Shown here piece by piece: positions 24,231 through 42,570 of a stretch of DNA of 64,000 nt. The number at the start of each line of letters is the position of its first letter. The stretch's first letter is position 1. The notes under the pieces are model-generated. The model was not told where the DNA came from, did no database searches, and saw only the letters and a list, made by a program, of their open reading frames with translations. Both the position numbers and the translations under genes were made by a program. The DNA is taken from assembly GCF_963853765.1 (NCBI RefSeq), contig NC_088855.1:54622001-54686000 (forward strand). The letters are read 5' to 3'. This DNA comes from Magallana gigas (Eukaryota).

Positions 24231-25261
24231 CTAGTTTTTAAAAGAAGTTGTGCAACAATCTCTGATGTACAAATTAAATCCCTTGCTGCTGGATCAAGGT
24301 CATTTTTTTTTTATAGTAAAAACATATTATACTTGATATTTGCAAAGCATATACAAATTTATGCAATTTGGGTTTCAAAATTAAAAATGATGATTAATTG
24401 TATATGTTGACGCTTACCAGGGATTTAACACTGAATTAGAAATTTCTACCTTTGTTGACATTTGCTCTCTATCTATGCGGGCGGTCAATTATCGGCCCAG
24501 TTATATAGGTTATTACATTTCTATGGGACCCAGCTGCCGCAGTCCTGTTGGAGCGTGCCAGTCATCAGATATATATTGTATAAAGTCGTGTGCGGAACTC
24601 TTAGTTTAACGCCTGGCATCTCAAGGGAGCCAGAATTACCACCAGCCGATCTTCTAAAATTCTTCATTCATTGCCAGTTCCTGGCCCCTCGACCTTGACG
24701 TGCACTTTTACTGGTGTCTTTCAGATTATTTAACTATCAATGGATCGATTGTACACATGAGAGGGTTGATTTTGGGCAGCTAAAAGTGGACAGTGCGGCA
24801 GGTAGTCGATTAGATTTATTTTCTGCTAATGATTTGGATATCAAGGTTCGCTACGGCCATCAGAAGAAGACGTGCTAATTTCCAGTGACCATCTGTTTAT
24901 GGAGGAAATAATACTAGTGATCCTTACATTCTAGCATCAGCCGGTTCTCCAGCTGTTGGGTCGGTGCATGTTATTGCAGTTGTAGGTATACTAGGTCTTA
25001 ATGCACGGAGATGTCTAGATGATAAGACAACCCCTGCTGAGACCCCCAAACAAATGCTTTCTCCCCCGTCATTGTCGAGGAAAATCTGATACGCTTGTTG
25101 ATATAATAGAACGCAGCTTTTTCTCTTCGCCGTGCCAAGTTTCTCTCTCATTCCGATTTCTGGAGGCGTCTCGGACTTCATTGCTTCAGTCTAGATCCGC
25201 CGCTTTGTTGACTTTGTTTTGTTCTCAAGGAATCGTTCCTGTGTTTTAGGAAACTACAGAA

Positions 25262-28200
25262 ATGGGAGTGGAAAGTATTGAAAATAAACTGGAGGAGCAG
25301 GAACCAATGGCCCCTACGGCTTCCATGGAAACAGTGGCTGTCGTCCGGATAATCAAGGTACACCTTCCTACCCTGTCCGTGTGTTTGTGTGGGTGAATGT
25401 TTGGGTTATTGTAGTCTACGTTATATATTAATGGCCATTAGCCTCACCTCTACATAACCCGCGCGGAATGGCGATAATACCTGGTGCTTATTGCACGCGC
25501 TTTCTGCATCTCAGACGAGAGCTCGTTATATAGCAGACATTCCGCGATAAACCAGCGGTTGGTCAGTGTAAGAACTTTATATTTAGCTGCTTAAGATCTG
25601 TTGGGGGTGGGGGTGTAGTTAAGAAACTGAAGTTGTTCTTCAATATGGTGTATTGTAATGTAACCCACCTGTTGGTGCAGTAAAGGTATTACTTGGATCA
25701 AGCAATATCAGCGCCCCGTGTAAGATAACGGGCGGTGTCGACAGTGAACCCCCAGCTGTAGGAAAACCAAAACACGTACATTTACTCTACATCGCTTTGT
25801 ATTTATTGCAAGACCTTTACTAAAACAGTTAGACGAGAAACCATGAATATGTATTCATTTTCCTATACAGGAATAACCTATTTTGCTACTTGTAATTGGT
25901 TTTGTCATTTTAATGACTGGGTCCACCGGATTCTTATAATAGAAATATTGGTATCCATTAATATTTAGTCAATAATTCTATAAATAATTCACCATTAGGC
26001 GACTCATCATTGAGTTGTATAATATTGGACTGTAACATTGTTATCATTTCTCCATCTCTGTCGTATTATTGGTGTAACGGTAGATGTCGTACGGTATATC
26101 ACGATATATATATAATGATAACTGTGTGTGGTCTTTCAGGTGGTTTCCAGCATGTTGCTGGCCGCTAGTCTGCTGTGCAGTGGTCTGTCCATCGCCACCA
26201 CCTCCTGGATCAAGTCTAACGGGCGACAGGAGGGACTGTGGGCAGACTGCGTGTCCCCCACGGGGGACATCCTGTCCTACGAGTGCAGAGCCAACCAGCC
26301 CAGGGGTCAGTATCCATCGTCAATACGCCGTAGGAAGGGGGTTGGGGGGTTGGGCAGGTGCCCCTCCTGGTTCATTAAGCATGTCTACTTGTTCACCACA
26401 TGAAACAATTTTTTTAAATTTAGATATCTATTATTGAGTTGTGTTAAAGACCAACGAAATTGCGTGCACATATCAGTCAGATGCCCCGTTTAAACCATGC
26501 ATGCACAGGTTGTATTTAAAAGCTAGTATATATTGTTAACATTAAAGATAAAACGAATAGGCTAGTTTACATTGCTATAAAAGCAATCATCGATTTCTAG
26601 TGCTTCAACTCATCGTGAAATTTATTGATACAAAATAAATTTTGCAAAGCATGTTGAAATGTTAACTCCCTTGTATGGAGATCAATGTACAGATGTCTAA
26701 AGAAAACATTCCACATTATTCAAACTGATACATAACCACAGATGTTTTTGACGTAATGTTAATAGCCAATGTTCTGACAGCGAAGTCTCCGTATTTTACG
26801 CGAATAAATAAGAAGTATATATCGACTTGCTAACATAAATTCCTTTACCAATCAAGAGAGATATAAAGTCCTATCATAGTATGCGAATAAGATTATTTGT
26901 TGAGTATATGTACAAGCCGTAGAGAAGAGACATTGACAATTACAGATGATTCTTGTATATTAAAAAAAAATCGAAAATGCATATTGTGTGATAGTATTTT
27001 TAAAAAGAATGTGAACATTCACTGCAGCTGTTTTCTGCTACACTGTACATGCATGTCTAAAACATCTGCCACACATCCTGTTGGAATCTAAATCAATGGA
27101 TCCTGTCTCAAGTTTATTACTGAGTATATCTAACCTATATTTAAACAAAATTAGGAAAATGTATTGCTCTCTCTGTAGTGCCTGATTTGGCTCTAGAGGG
27201 GCAGTGAGGGCGGGGTGTTTTAACATATAGACTGGTGTAAGCTTAAGGCAGCATATAAACCACTCTGTTTTCAAGAACTGCTGTTAATGTGTCATAATGA
27301 AATCACTGTATCTACAGTCAAGATTTGTATCTCCTCCAAGAAACAAGTCGATGGGTGATAGAAGTAATGGCATTCAATGAAATGTCAAAACATACTTATT
27401 GTCTTGGTGCGCGCGACGGAACTTTATCTGTAGCCCACGACTCTGCCATAGAAAGACAGAGAGCGGCGGGAGACAGTAGCGATGACAAACACATGTTTCT
27501 TCTCCATCGCATTATTTAGGAACAACTCAGAGATGCCTAATTGCTAATTACCTAATTCTGAGGCGAATTCCATAGGAAAGGAAGCAGCCAAATTCAAAGG
27601 ATTCGAAACCAAGAAATTTACCTTGTATCTTTGTTCTAGAATTTCTGCATCATTTCGCTAAAAGTAATATGGAGTTAATATTCTGTTTGTAGTTTCCTTT
27701 GAATTTCTATAAAGCTGTAGACTCTGTTATAGAAACATGGCTTTCAGCCTTTGGACTCTCCGTTCATCTCCAGCAGCATTCCCTGCATAGACCTGCATTA
27801 GATGTATGCTCTTGTAGTATTAAAACGCTTTAGATAACACAGGACATCGAGCTAAACCTTACCAATTTAAATCAACGTCCATACGACATAAGAGTATTGT
27901 CGAATTTCGAAGTTGACGTGCATTTACAAATCCTTGGTATTTAGATAGGTATTTTTTGTAGAAATATTGGCTACGAGGCATCTCCAATTTGCCACATCTC
28001 GACACAGTTAAGGTGTAAGCCTATTTTTGGGCACCATGCGATATGGTGCCGAGCAAATCAAGATACCAAATCGAATTGTAAGCTACTAGTAATTATAAAC
28101 GGGCAACACTAGTAAAATACACGGGTTAAAACGCAAAGATTAAGCATGTATAGAGAGTTTAGCAAAATTTGAGTACGATGGTTTCAATATGTAAAGATTA

Positions 28201-30130
28201 TTTTCTGTTCATACTTATATAGTATATATATTCATGATGGGAAGCTGCATAAGGTAATTTAAAGTTTACTTTGAGGACTTGTTTGAAAGAAACCACTTTG
28301 GTAAAGGTGGTGGCGGGTTAGGATATATGAAAAAAAAATGCTTTACTAAGATATGCATTTAAACTCATTTTATAACTCTGAGTGCTCATGTTGTAAGTCA
28401 TAGAAAAAACAAACAGTTAAGTATATCAGAACCACAATTGAACTGTAATTGTACTGTTGGAAGAGTATTGTGCTTTCCTTTTGTTCTGTATGTACATGTA
28501 TTCAGCGTAACGTTACAGGCACAATATAAACGTTGTTTCTGCGATCAAAATTCTATCCCTTAGTTTGTATACGTATATTACCATACGTACTTTTGGGGTA
28601 ACAATTCATTATATAGAGTGGTCGATAGGTGGTCGAGTAGCTGTTTTTTGATTTGAAAATAATTCATTGTGTAAATAACCGTAAGTGAAGTAGTTGCAGA
28701 CATTGCCTGTGTAAGCTTTCTCCAAAAGGTACAAGGTAGATACAATTAATACATATTATGTAATTATAAATGCAACTTTAAACTTGTCTCTTAATACATG
28801 AAACTGTCTATTATGCCTATAAAAAGAAGAAGAAATATGAATGATAGATACATACCAGAAAGATAAAAAAACAAATAATCTAAATAGGCACCCAAAAAAA
28901 CCCCCCAAAACAAAAACCAATATAGATATGTACGGTGTTTTATTACATAATTATAGTTGAATCATTTAGTTTTTACTATCCTCTACAGTTGTATATACTA
29001 TATGTGTACAACATCAAAATAGACAGTATTTTCAGCATAAGAAACGTCGTTATCTCCGGACCTCAATAAATCTAGGGTTATAGGTTTTGTATGCCTTAAT
29101 TTGGTATACAGTAATTAAACTTAAGTATATCTTCCCTCGGCATATTTAGGACACTAAAAGAAGAATGATTTCGTATTGTAGGATGGCTGGATGCCTGTCG
29201 GATTCTGATCTGTGTCGCCTTTACTCTGAACTTCATTGGATTTATCATGGCTACTTACGGAATACAGACCACGAACTTTGGGATGAAATACAAATACTAC
29301 AACATCTCAATTATCGTTCTGTTTCTCGCAGGTAAGAGACAGTGTAACTTCTATTGTAATCGGGAAATAGAGTAAATTCTATTGTAATCAGGTAAGATTG
29401 TAACTTCTATTGTAATCAGGTTGAAGTGTTAATTCTATTGTAATCAGGTTAGAGTGTAACTTTTATATAATGTATTATCAGGTTAAAGTGTAACTTCTAT
29501 TGTAACCGGGTTAGAGTGTAACTTCTATTGTAATCAGATTAGAGTGTAATTTCTATTGTAACCAGGTAAGATTGAAACTTTTATTGTAATCAGGTAAGAG
29601 TGTAACTCCTATTCTAATAATGTTAGAGTGTAACTTCTATTGTATTAACTTTTATATATTATCAGGTTTGAGTATAACTTCTATTGTAACCGGGTTAGGG
29701 TGTAACTTCTATTGTAATCAGGTTAGAGAGTAATTTCTATTGTAATCGTCAGTAACAGGCTAGTTTCAGTTTTCATAACTTATAATTAAAGCACTCAATC
29801 TGACGGAATGAATCTTTCAGAACTGGTAAATTAAATTCCCCAGCAATATATCACGTATGTATTTATTTATATATTTATTTATTCATTCATTTATTTATTT
29901 CAGTAATTCCTGAGTTGATTGCTGTGATCATGTTTCCTGTTAAATACAACGAGGAACTCAATGGAGCCGAGTGGTACGTGGGTTGGTCCTATGTGGCCGC
30001 TGTTTTGTCCGCCATTTTGGTTCTTATAGCTGCCATTTTACTGTTGATTGATCGAGGAGCGGACGAATCTCTGATCAGAGAAAAGACATGTTACTATAAT
30101 GACGAGTCGATAGAGGAAACCCTCGAGTAA
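25262..30130 (+). CDS. PMP22/EMP/claudin-superfamily four-pass membrane protein, TMEM47/PERP-like (212 aa)
   Basis: Exons 25262-25357, 26140-26305, 29182-29331, 29904-30130 in frame. W..GLW..C..C signature (SWIKSNGRQEGLWADC...EC), four hydrophobic segments, FPVKY and YVGWSY motifs. Confidence 0.9.
29337..29750 (+). repeat. 28-bp minisatellite at the start of intron 3 of the TMEM47-like gene
   Basis: About 14 units of AGAGTGTAACTTCTATTGTAATCAGGTT and variants. Confidence 0.92.
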
Positions 30131-31417
30131 TTTCTCCGTGACCCAGAGGAAAAGGTCAGTTATCCGCCCGTGGGCGGATCTATACGTTCCGGGAGCGTTA
30201 ACCGTGTGTTCGAATGATTACTCATTTAAGGTTGGTTTCCTCCTCCCCTTTCCAAAGATGACGTCACTGTCGCTGTCCTACCTCAGACTCAGGTGCGAAC
30301 CCGTAAACCCGCAGGTATATTATGTCACGTTTCTGTTATAAAATGAGATACAAGGATATAATGTCCAAGTGCCACCGCATCAACGAGAGTTCCCTTCATT
30401 TATCCGCGTTCTCTGAAATAGGATAGGACCCATTTTCACAGTTCAAAACTGCAATGCTACCACCTTCCATCATACTCGGATGTAGCTAGATGGTATGCGT
30501 GTATATGGAGTTTAATGATGGTGAAAGACGTTCTAAATTATTGGGAAATGAGGAAAGACTGTTTCACTGCATTGAACTGGTGTGAATTGTGATTTGATAT
30601 TTCAGAATGTTGGGTGATTCGTGTAGATATTTTTTTCATGGGTATTTTGTGGTCAGCAACTATATTTTGTATTAAATCTCTATAAAATAAATTATTTAAA
30701 AACCTCTGTATTTATACTTCTTTAATAATTTAAGTAACCCTTTTCAGAGTTATTCTCCTTCCATTTTTTGTGCAATTGTGTAGAGCAGGCTCAGGGGCCA
30801 TACAACTTTGACACACTTCTATCACATCCCAAACTCGCTTAATTATACAGAGGTAAAATAAGAATAGAACAAAACACCAGAGTTCATCCAAGTTCTATAT
30901 AAACTAGACAATGAGTTGAATCCTAGACTCAGATTAAACAATGAATGATGACAAACAAACTACATTTATATTACTATATAATGCCTTATAATTTTTTTCT
31001 TAGATTTAAAAATTTTGATTATTTTAAACTAAACTGATAACAAGTATGGTGATAACATACACAAGGTTCTTCTATAGCATCAATGGCAAAAATTCATATT
31101 TTGACCCATTTAAGCAATTTAAAGATACAACATAAAGTTTTAAAAAATATAAATTAGACAGACAGTTCTTTTTAAAAAAAAATTTTCAGCGAGATTTTCT
31201 ATAACAAATCTATTTTCATATGCAGTCAGTATACCCAGTAGTTATATGTAACAACCAGCAAATAGAAAGGTGAACATTTGCAAGATAATATCAAGACTTG
31301 AAAAAATATTGAATAATTCTGGTGCATATCATTAAATTTTATTATCAAAACATACATAATTACATGTATTAATATATGGCATTTACAGTCTATAATAAAT
31401 ATTTGCTCTATAAGTCC

Positions 31418-33584
31418 TCACTTCTGCCTAGATCTAAGGTAACTATTGCTTTCCCACACTCGATTATGTCTGTACAGATCAAAGGCCGACATTGGGGAGG
31501 CAGTGACTAGGGGCTCAGAGGGGGTGGAGAGCCCAGGGGTGGACAACTCCGGTGTCTCTCGTTGGAATTCTGTGGAGAAAAACTCCATCAAGTCAGGTTC
31601 CCGAGTCTTACTCTAAAATATAAAAAAAATATTTAATAACACCAAGGGAAAGATGAATGGAAAGCTTTATTTAATTACATATTTGTTCATGCATGTGAAA
31701 CCAGTGGATGTTTCATGTGATGTCTTGTTTTGACATAAAAAGAAGTAGAAAGAAATAGTAAAATATTCCCAAAAATGATTTGCTTTTGGGTATGATCTGA
31801 CTCATCCTCCCAAACCTCTGAAAATGATGCACAAACCTTTTAATGCAAATGCTGGATAAAAACAAACAAATCATAAGTACCTTATACAGTAAGGATCTTC
31901 ATCTTATCGAACAAATTTAAAAATAAAGGAGATTTTTTTTCATTTTTATTTGTCCACAAATTTTATTTGAATTGGGAAGAATTTGCTCTTTCTCATTTTC
32001 CTCATCAACTGCTGTGTAAAAAGGCATTTTAAAATATGTTATTTTTCTGTAATCAAGGCAATACATTTTCCCTTTTCATAATTGCTATATATCAATTTGG
32101 TAACATTTTTATCCTAATGTGGTAGTAACTGACCCAGTGAATATTTTTTGGTCCTATCTGTAAATAAAAATATATGTCCCATACTCAAGTGTGAATACAT
32201 GTACCTGGGATATCAAGCCAAAGTGACCAAAATCTTGAACAGAAATAAAAGCTACAAAACAAACAATAATCTAACACAATAAAGCAAGATTGCGGAAGAT
32301 GCTTTACCTGTGATCTGGCTTTGACTGGTTTGGCTCTGAATGTCTGAGGTTTGTCGATGTCTTCCACTGGGACACTGAGACTAACCAGTCCAGTAAATCG
32401 CGGGCTACTGACATTCACTTTAGTCGAGGCCTGGAGAATCAGGACAGAGAGCATTAGAATCAGAATGTTTAAAGGCTAGATGTGATATACATGTATACAG
32501 GTGATCTATCTGAGCTCACCTTTTCTCTGATATCTGAGGAGACCGTGTCTGAGATCTGTAACTTTTTATCCAGAGCTTTCACTACATCCACATGGCTTTC
32601 CTTGATGCTTTCTATCTCCTTCCTCATCCTCAGCGTACTGTTGTACTCGGGACGCATGAACACATGTTCATACTCCTGAACACTGTCTGCTGCTGGTCCA
32701 GAGAATGGGTACGTGTAATCTGACAGGGCTGGATTCTCATTGGTCTCCCTGGTAACACGAACTTTCCTCTTGTTGGCTAGATCTTTTATGTGTTTGGTAG
32801 GATCCTCATCTGCTGTCTCTGGTGGCACTCTGGACTTTTTCTTGAGGTTGTCCGTTTTAAGTACAGTGATGACTCTCGCCTCTTTGTTGCTGGAGGTTGA
32901 TACAATGGGTAGCACAGGTTTAATCCTTGTGTCCTCTGCCTCAGTGATCTCTTGTGCGTGAAGTTTATGGTGGTCCGCTAGTGGGACAAACACTGGTTTA
33001 TTATTTGCGTTTTGAAGAGTGAACTTCATTGGTTTTGCATTCAACTCTTTCCGGGGCTCTGAATCCTCAAGATTGTCTGAATAATCACAAGGTTTGTAAG
33101 ATTTGCTAGGCCTTGATGCTATACCCTGACTCAGTATAGAATTATCTGATTCACTGACATCAAACCTCACATTCTGTCTATCATAATTTCTTTCCTGTAT
33201 TTTCTTCTGTGCAATGCTTTTTTCTGGGGTAACACAGAGATCTGGATCACATCCCACAGGATAGTCAGGTCTGGATGCGGGAACAGGTTTTGTTGGTCTA
33301 ATTCTTCCTTGTGATTTATCTGGTGTTATACATAGCTGTGGGTCTGGACCAATGAGGTCACTGGTGATTCTCCAGGTAGGGACAGGTGCCTGACACAGCG
33401 GAAGAGACTCCTCCGAACTCTGCGAGGTATCCCAACCAGGGGGAGGGAACTCTGCATGAGGTTTACTGGCTGTATTCAACAGTTCATAGTGTGAGACAGC
33501 ACCATGGCCTTTACCAGGCCCAGGATTCAATGGATAACGATGGGCTAATGGTTCCGTAGGCTGACAGATGAAGTGTGTGGCCAT
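31418..33584 (-). CDS. PPP1R35: Protein phosphatase 1 regulatory subunit 35-like centriolar protein (460 aa)
   Basis: Exons 32520-33584, 32308-32430, 31418-31612 in frame. C-terminal RPEYNSTLRMRKEI...DVVKALDKKL...IREKASTKVN and AFDLYRHNRVWE resemble the PPP1R35 C-terminal domain as I recall it; the N-terminal part is low-complexity. An acceptor 11 nt before the ATG implies an upstream non-coding exon. Confidence 0.75.
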
Positions 33585-35348
33585 TTCACTATATGCTGTC
33601 AAAAACCAGATTTCATACATTCATCATCAAAGTTATTTAATCGAGCAGTTTGTACAATATTTTTAAATTGTAAGACATATATTATAACATGTATTGTAAA
33701 ATGCAATGTATAACTCAAGTAAAGGGTACTACATTAATATTTAAATTTCTGAATGAACTGTATATTTTATTGACCAATCACTAACTAACCCGCCAAACCA
33801 AATACATTGTAGCATTGAACCTACATGCTGTCATTCTTATTACCATTCCTGAAACACTTCTACACCAGCTCTTTCTTGCATGCTTCTTTCATAGTTATTT
33901 TACTCAATATTTTTTCACATCATGCAATACTTTACCTTTCTTGCACAATATTTCATCTAAATGCAAGATAAACTGTATTACATCTTTTAATACCCTGGTC
34001 ATTCTGTTATAAACTAACACATACATCATTGTTGAGTTTTTCAAAAAATTTCTCATAACCTCATACTATATAATCTGGAAAAGTATATTGTACTACAATT
34101 TGTAGTCCCTGGTTTTATCAACATGGCAAATATTTTCACTTATCCACTCTGCTCTCTACGACATGTAGATAAATAATACTTAAGGGTGTATTATTCATAT
34201 ATATGTCATAGAGAACACAGCAGGTAAGACGCCTCTGAGCATGTAGGCCAATCAAGTAAATTTAAATCTAATATATTATCTTAAATACTTTTAACTTTTC
34301 TACCTTTTTACTAAAGTTTCACTAAAATAAAACCAATATTGTATGCTTTTCCCCTCGATACAAGACACTCTCATATACTGGCTTATACAGTACGAAATTC
34401 AAAAGCTTTCCCTACCCTTTATAGGTGTAGTATCTATCATAGTAACAAGAGTTGGAGATATTTCTGCTGGTAAGGCCATCCTTTGAAAAATATTTGTTTG
34501 GAATTGCCGCCTGGGGGGTTTCAAGACCCGGGAGGGAAGGAAAGAATTTTTTTTCAAATTTGAAGTTTAACTAATCAAAAATCGGTAAAAATCAAAATCT
34601 CTATATAAAAAGGGTTCTTTATTTTTTTGCTTATTGAATTTTATCCTTAAATGAGGCAGGAGGCAATTCCAAACAAACAATAATTTCATTTGGGCCTAAG
34701 TAATTCACTGTAAATCTAAACATTACATATAATGTATGAGATCAAGTAAATGCTTAAAAGTTTAAATGAAGATGAAGGGGAAAAGGGTGTAAATGACATG
34801 ACAAGACTGAAGTTTAATTATTATATCGTTATATAAATTTGTCATTGAGAGAAAAATATAGGCCTAACACATAATCATGTTAATTCGTGGTTAAATTTAT
34901 TGAACCTAAATAGTACAATTTTAATATTATTAACCCAGTCAGAAATAAAACAAATGTAAAAACAACCAAGATTCACTGTAATAAATGATAGTATAAATTA
35001 TAAATTAAAATCTATAAGTTAACGTTTATATACAGTATATATTTAATTTTGAAGTCAGACCTTAACTACACTTTAACCCAAAGGATTGTTTACAGTTTAA
35101 TAATCTTAAATAAGTTATACAATATGCTTATCAAATTGCACTTATGCTTTCATAATAAGATTGTATAATTGTTCGTGAGTTATGACTAATTAAAAAATTT
35201 ATAATGAGTGCAAGTCAAGTTTTGACTTGCTCAAATTTAGGAACGTACGTTTATACAAATACAAAGTTTATTTCTTAAAATAGAAATGAAAAAATCTAAA
35301 TCACATCATACTTTTCACTGTATTTAGACTATCAATATCTATTCATAC

Positions 35349-35499
35349 CTTCATGTATCTGGATAAACTTGCAAAATTAATCAAAGAACATTTTTTGTGT
35401 TTGTTTCATCCGCCATTATGATACACACGCCTGCGCACAGTGTTGTTTCGTTACAAAACGAAAGTAAGCATTGCGTATGCGCCTTCATAATTGTCCAAG
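35349..35499. promoter_or_regulatory. Compact bidirectional promoter, PPP1R35-like / SDHB
   Basis: YY1-like CCGCCATT (35410-35417), NRF1-like CGCCTGCGCA (35428-35437) and TGCGTATGCGC (35472-35482); SDHB ATG at 35500; minus-strand donor AAG|GTATGA at 35348. Confidence 0.65.
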
Positions 35500-39978
<4,479 letters not shown>

Positions 39979-41818
39979 CTCTTGTACTCTGTGTGTAGGG
40001 AAATGTCTGCAGAGTCAGACAAAACTGACTGAAACAATTTGAACACTAGCAAAACTCGGAAGGAGATGTCTTGTGTAATGCTTTTATATCTTAATCTTAG
40101 CATTTTCTCTGGTAAATTTTGTGAAACTTTTTAATATATTTGATAAATCTTCGATGTTTGTGGCAGAGAATATACCTCACAGCTGATTAATTCATTAACT
40201 ATTGTACACATAACCTGTTTAAGATTTTATTTCTGTGTACAATGAGTTTGCTTGTTTATCTTTTTATTGTATCAAGGACAATAAATTTGTTACCTAGAAT
40301 GTTTTGTTGACTTGCATCATTTCAAAGTGATTGACATGAATTTCATTTACTGGAATGCCGATTCACAGGGTCATGAACAACAGCGTTCACATTAACTGCA
40401 GATTTGTAGCTCTATTGTTGAAAAAATTTGGATAGACAAACCAGAGCTACAGATCTGCAGCTACACTTCACATCTACATATTTCATGAAGCGCATTAATT
40501 TTCTAGAAGAATGAGCAGTGCAGTTCCTTTTACTGAGGTACTTCATAACTTCATGAAATTGCAAATGCGAGTCATTTTGTATATTGATGTCGGAGAAAGA
40601 TAATTGTAGTTCCATAATGAAATTAAAAATTGAAGAAAGGTAAGGGCTATATCAGAGGGTTGATTTCAGTCTACTAGGTTTTCTACCAAATGTTCAACAA
40701 GATGCTCAAGTGTTCTGTGTAAATCATAGATTACACAGCATATTGTGTATACGTGTGTAAATTTCTCAATCTGCAGGAAATATCAACATTATAACTGAAT
40801 GCTCCAGTAACTTAATACATTTCTATGTTGTGACATTAACAAGCAACACCATAAGCAGGCTGCATGATTTATTAAAAATATCAACAAAATAGTAATACAC
40901 AAACCCGCTCTCAAGACAGAAAGCTCTGCAAATCTCGCAAGATGCAAGTGTAGTGGAACCAAACAAAGGCACTGGTAGATACAGGTAGGATAGGCAGTCC
41001 TATGGACACTTAAAGTGCTTGACATTTTGCAAAATATTAAAACAAAATTCAATATCATTGAAGTATTGAGCTGGTACTGAGAAAGAAACTGAGAGAGAAA
41101 GAATTCTCCTGAGAATAATAACAGGAACAAAATAAACATTGGTTCTTAAACTCAACAATAAACAATTGTGTATACAAATTGAAATGAATTTCAGCTATAA
41201 TTTATTTAATTTATGACAGCATCATAATGTTCATACATGTACCATGTAACCATCTCTTTGATATGAAGTATCTCTTTAATATGAAATATCTGAAGATGCT
41301 GATAGAAAGAAGGCTGGCATATAGCACTTTAAATACCCGTACATGTATTCTGAAAAACTTGAAAAATATGAAATGTTCACAAGCTTGAGTCAATCTGAAT
41401 ACAAGAAAAATACTAAATTTTATTATATTTGGATGAAAACAAATTTCAACAAATAACTGAATATGTATGCTTGGCATTTAGAATAGTACTTGATTTAGTG
41501 TAAGCTCTAGCTAAATAGATTACATAGTTGAGTGAAATACATTTACACTTTATTAACAATGTAAATTAAAGCATATCTATAAGTCACTGACTTGATATAT
41601 AAATTTCAATACTCTGCTTTCATATAAATTCATGGAAATCAGTTTTGTGGATATTGTAAAATTGACAGTTTTTGGGACAACGGTTATATCAATTTGTTGC
41701 TTATTTATAATCTTCTTTCTATGAACACATACTTCATTTGATTAACTCAACAACAAATTCCATGAAAACTGGTGTTCAACATATACTATCTCAATGCAAC
41801 CGTAGTACAAAAAGTGGT

Positions 41819-42024
41819 TACTGCATGCGGGTTATTTTTGTCCCATGTAATTTTCACCCTTCTACACTTGCAAACAGTTTCACCCCATCTTGAATTCGCC
41901 CAGACACAGTTGTGTTTTTAGAAATCATTTGAGACATTGGAATTTGCCCTGTCTTAAATTTGCTAGCTGACAACAAGGACGAAAAAGGTTGAAAACAAAA
42001 CGGGGGTGAATACTTCCCTGTATA
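41819..42024. mobile_element. Decayed MITE downstream of the TMCO4 stop
   Basis: TA-bounded, with inverted TTTTCACCC / GGGTGAA-type subrepeats at the two ends. Confidence 0.45.
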
Positions 42025-42570
42025 TATTATTAATTCAGAATGTGATTAAAAAAAGTTTTTATTTACATGTACCTGACCTTTGAAAATAGACTTTAACCAA
42101 GAATGAATTGATGAATAAATTGAAAAAAAAATAGGAAGCAAAAAAAGCATGAAATACAAAAATGTAAAATATATAGTCTGTAAAATTTGTGTCATACCCA
42201 TAGGTAGCACCATTATAATTGCACATTCTGCATGCACCAGGTAACAGTGATTGAAAATAATTTAGAGTTAATATAATGTTTAAAAATAAAATAAATCATG
42301 CATGTACAAAAAATATCCCGTTAAAAAAAGTTTTAATTTACAGGTGCATCCATTTCTTAATAATATAATAAGAATAGAATCTTCACAGTATTTTGCGGGG
42401 GTCAGGTTATTTTTTCTGAGTTTTTGGGGGGAATCGGTTAAAAATGAAAGCTTCAAATATTTTGGCACCAATAAAATCCATTATCTAATACATATATTAA
42501 TAGGCATTCAAGGCAAGAATTGTATTTTTTGTAATTAATGCATCTTTTTATTGGTGTTGGTCTGTTGTCT

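Noticed and set aside
24924-25249. ORFs upstream of the TMEM47-like start
   Set aside because: No recognisable homology or splice partners; more simply 5' leader or promoter sequence.
40396-40460. SECIS element
   Set aside because: No AUGA/GA quartet with apical AA in either orientation, and neither flanking gene has an in-frame UGA.
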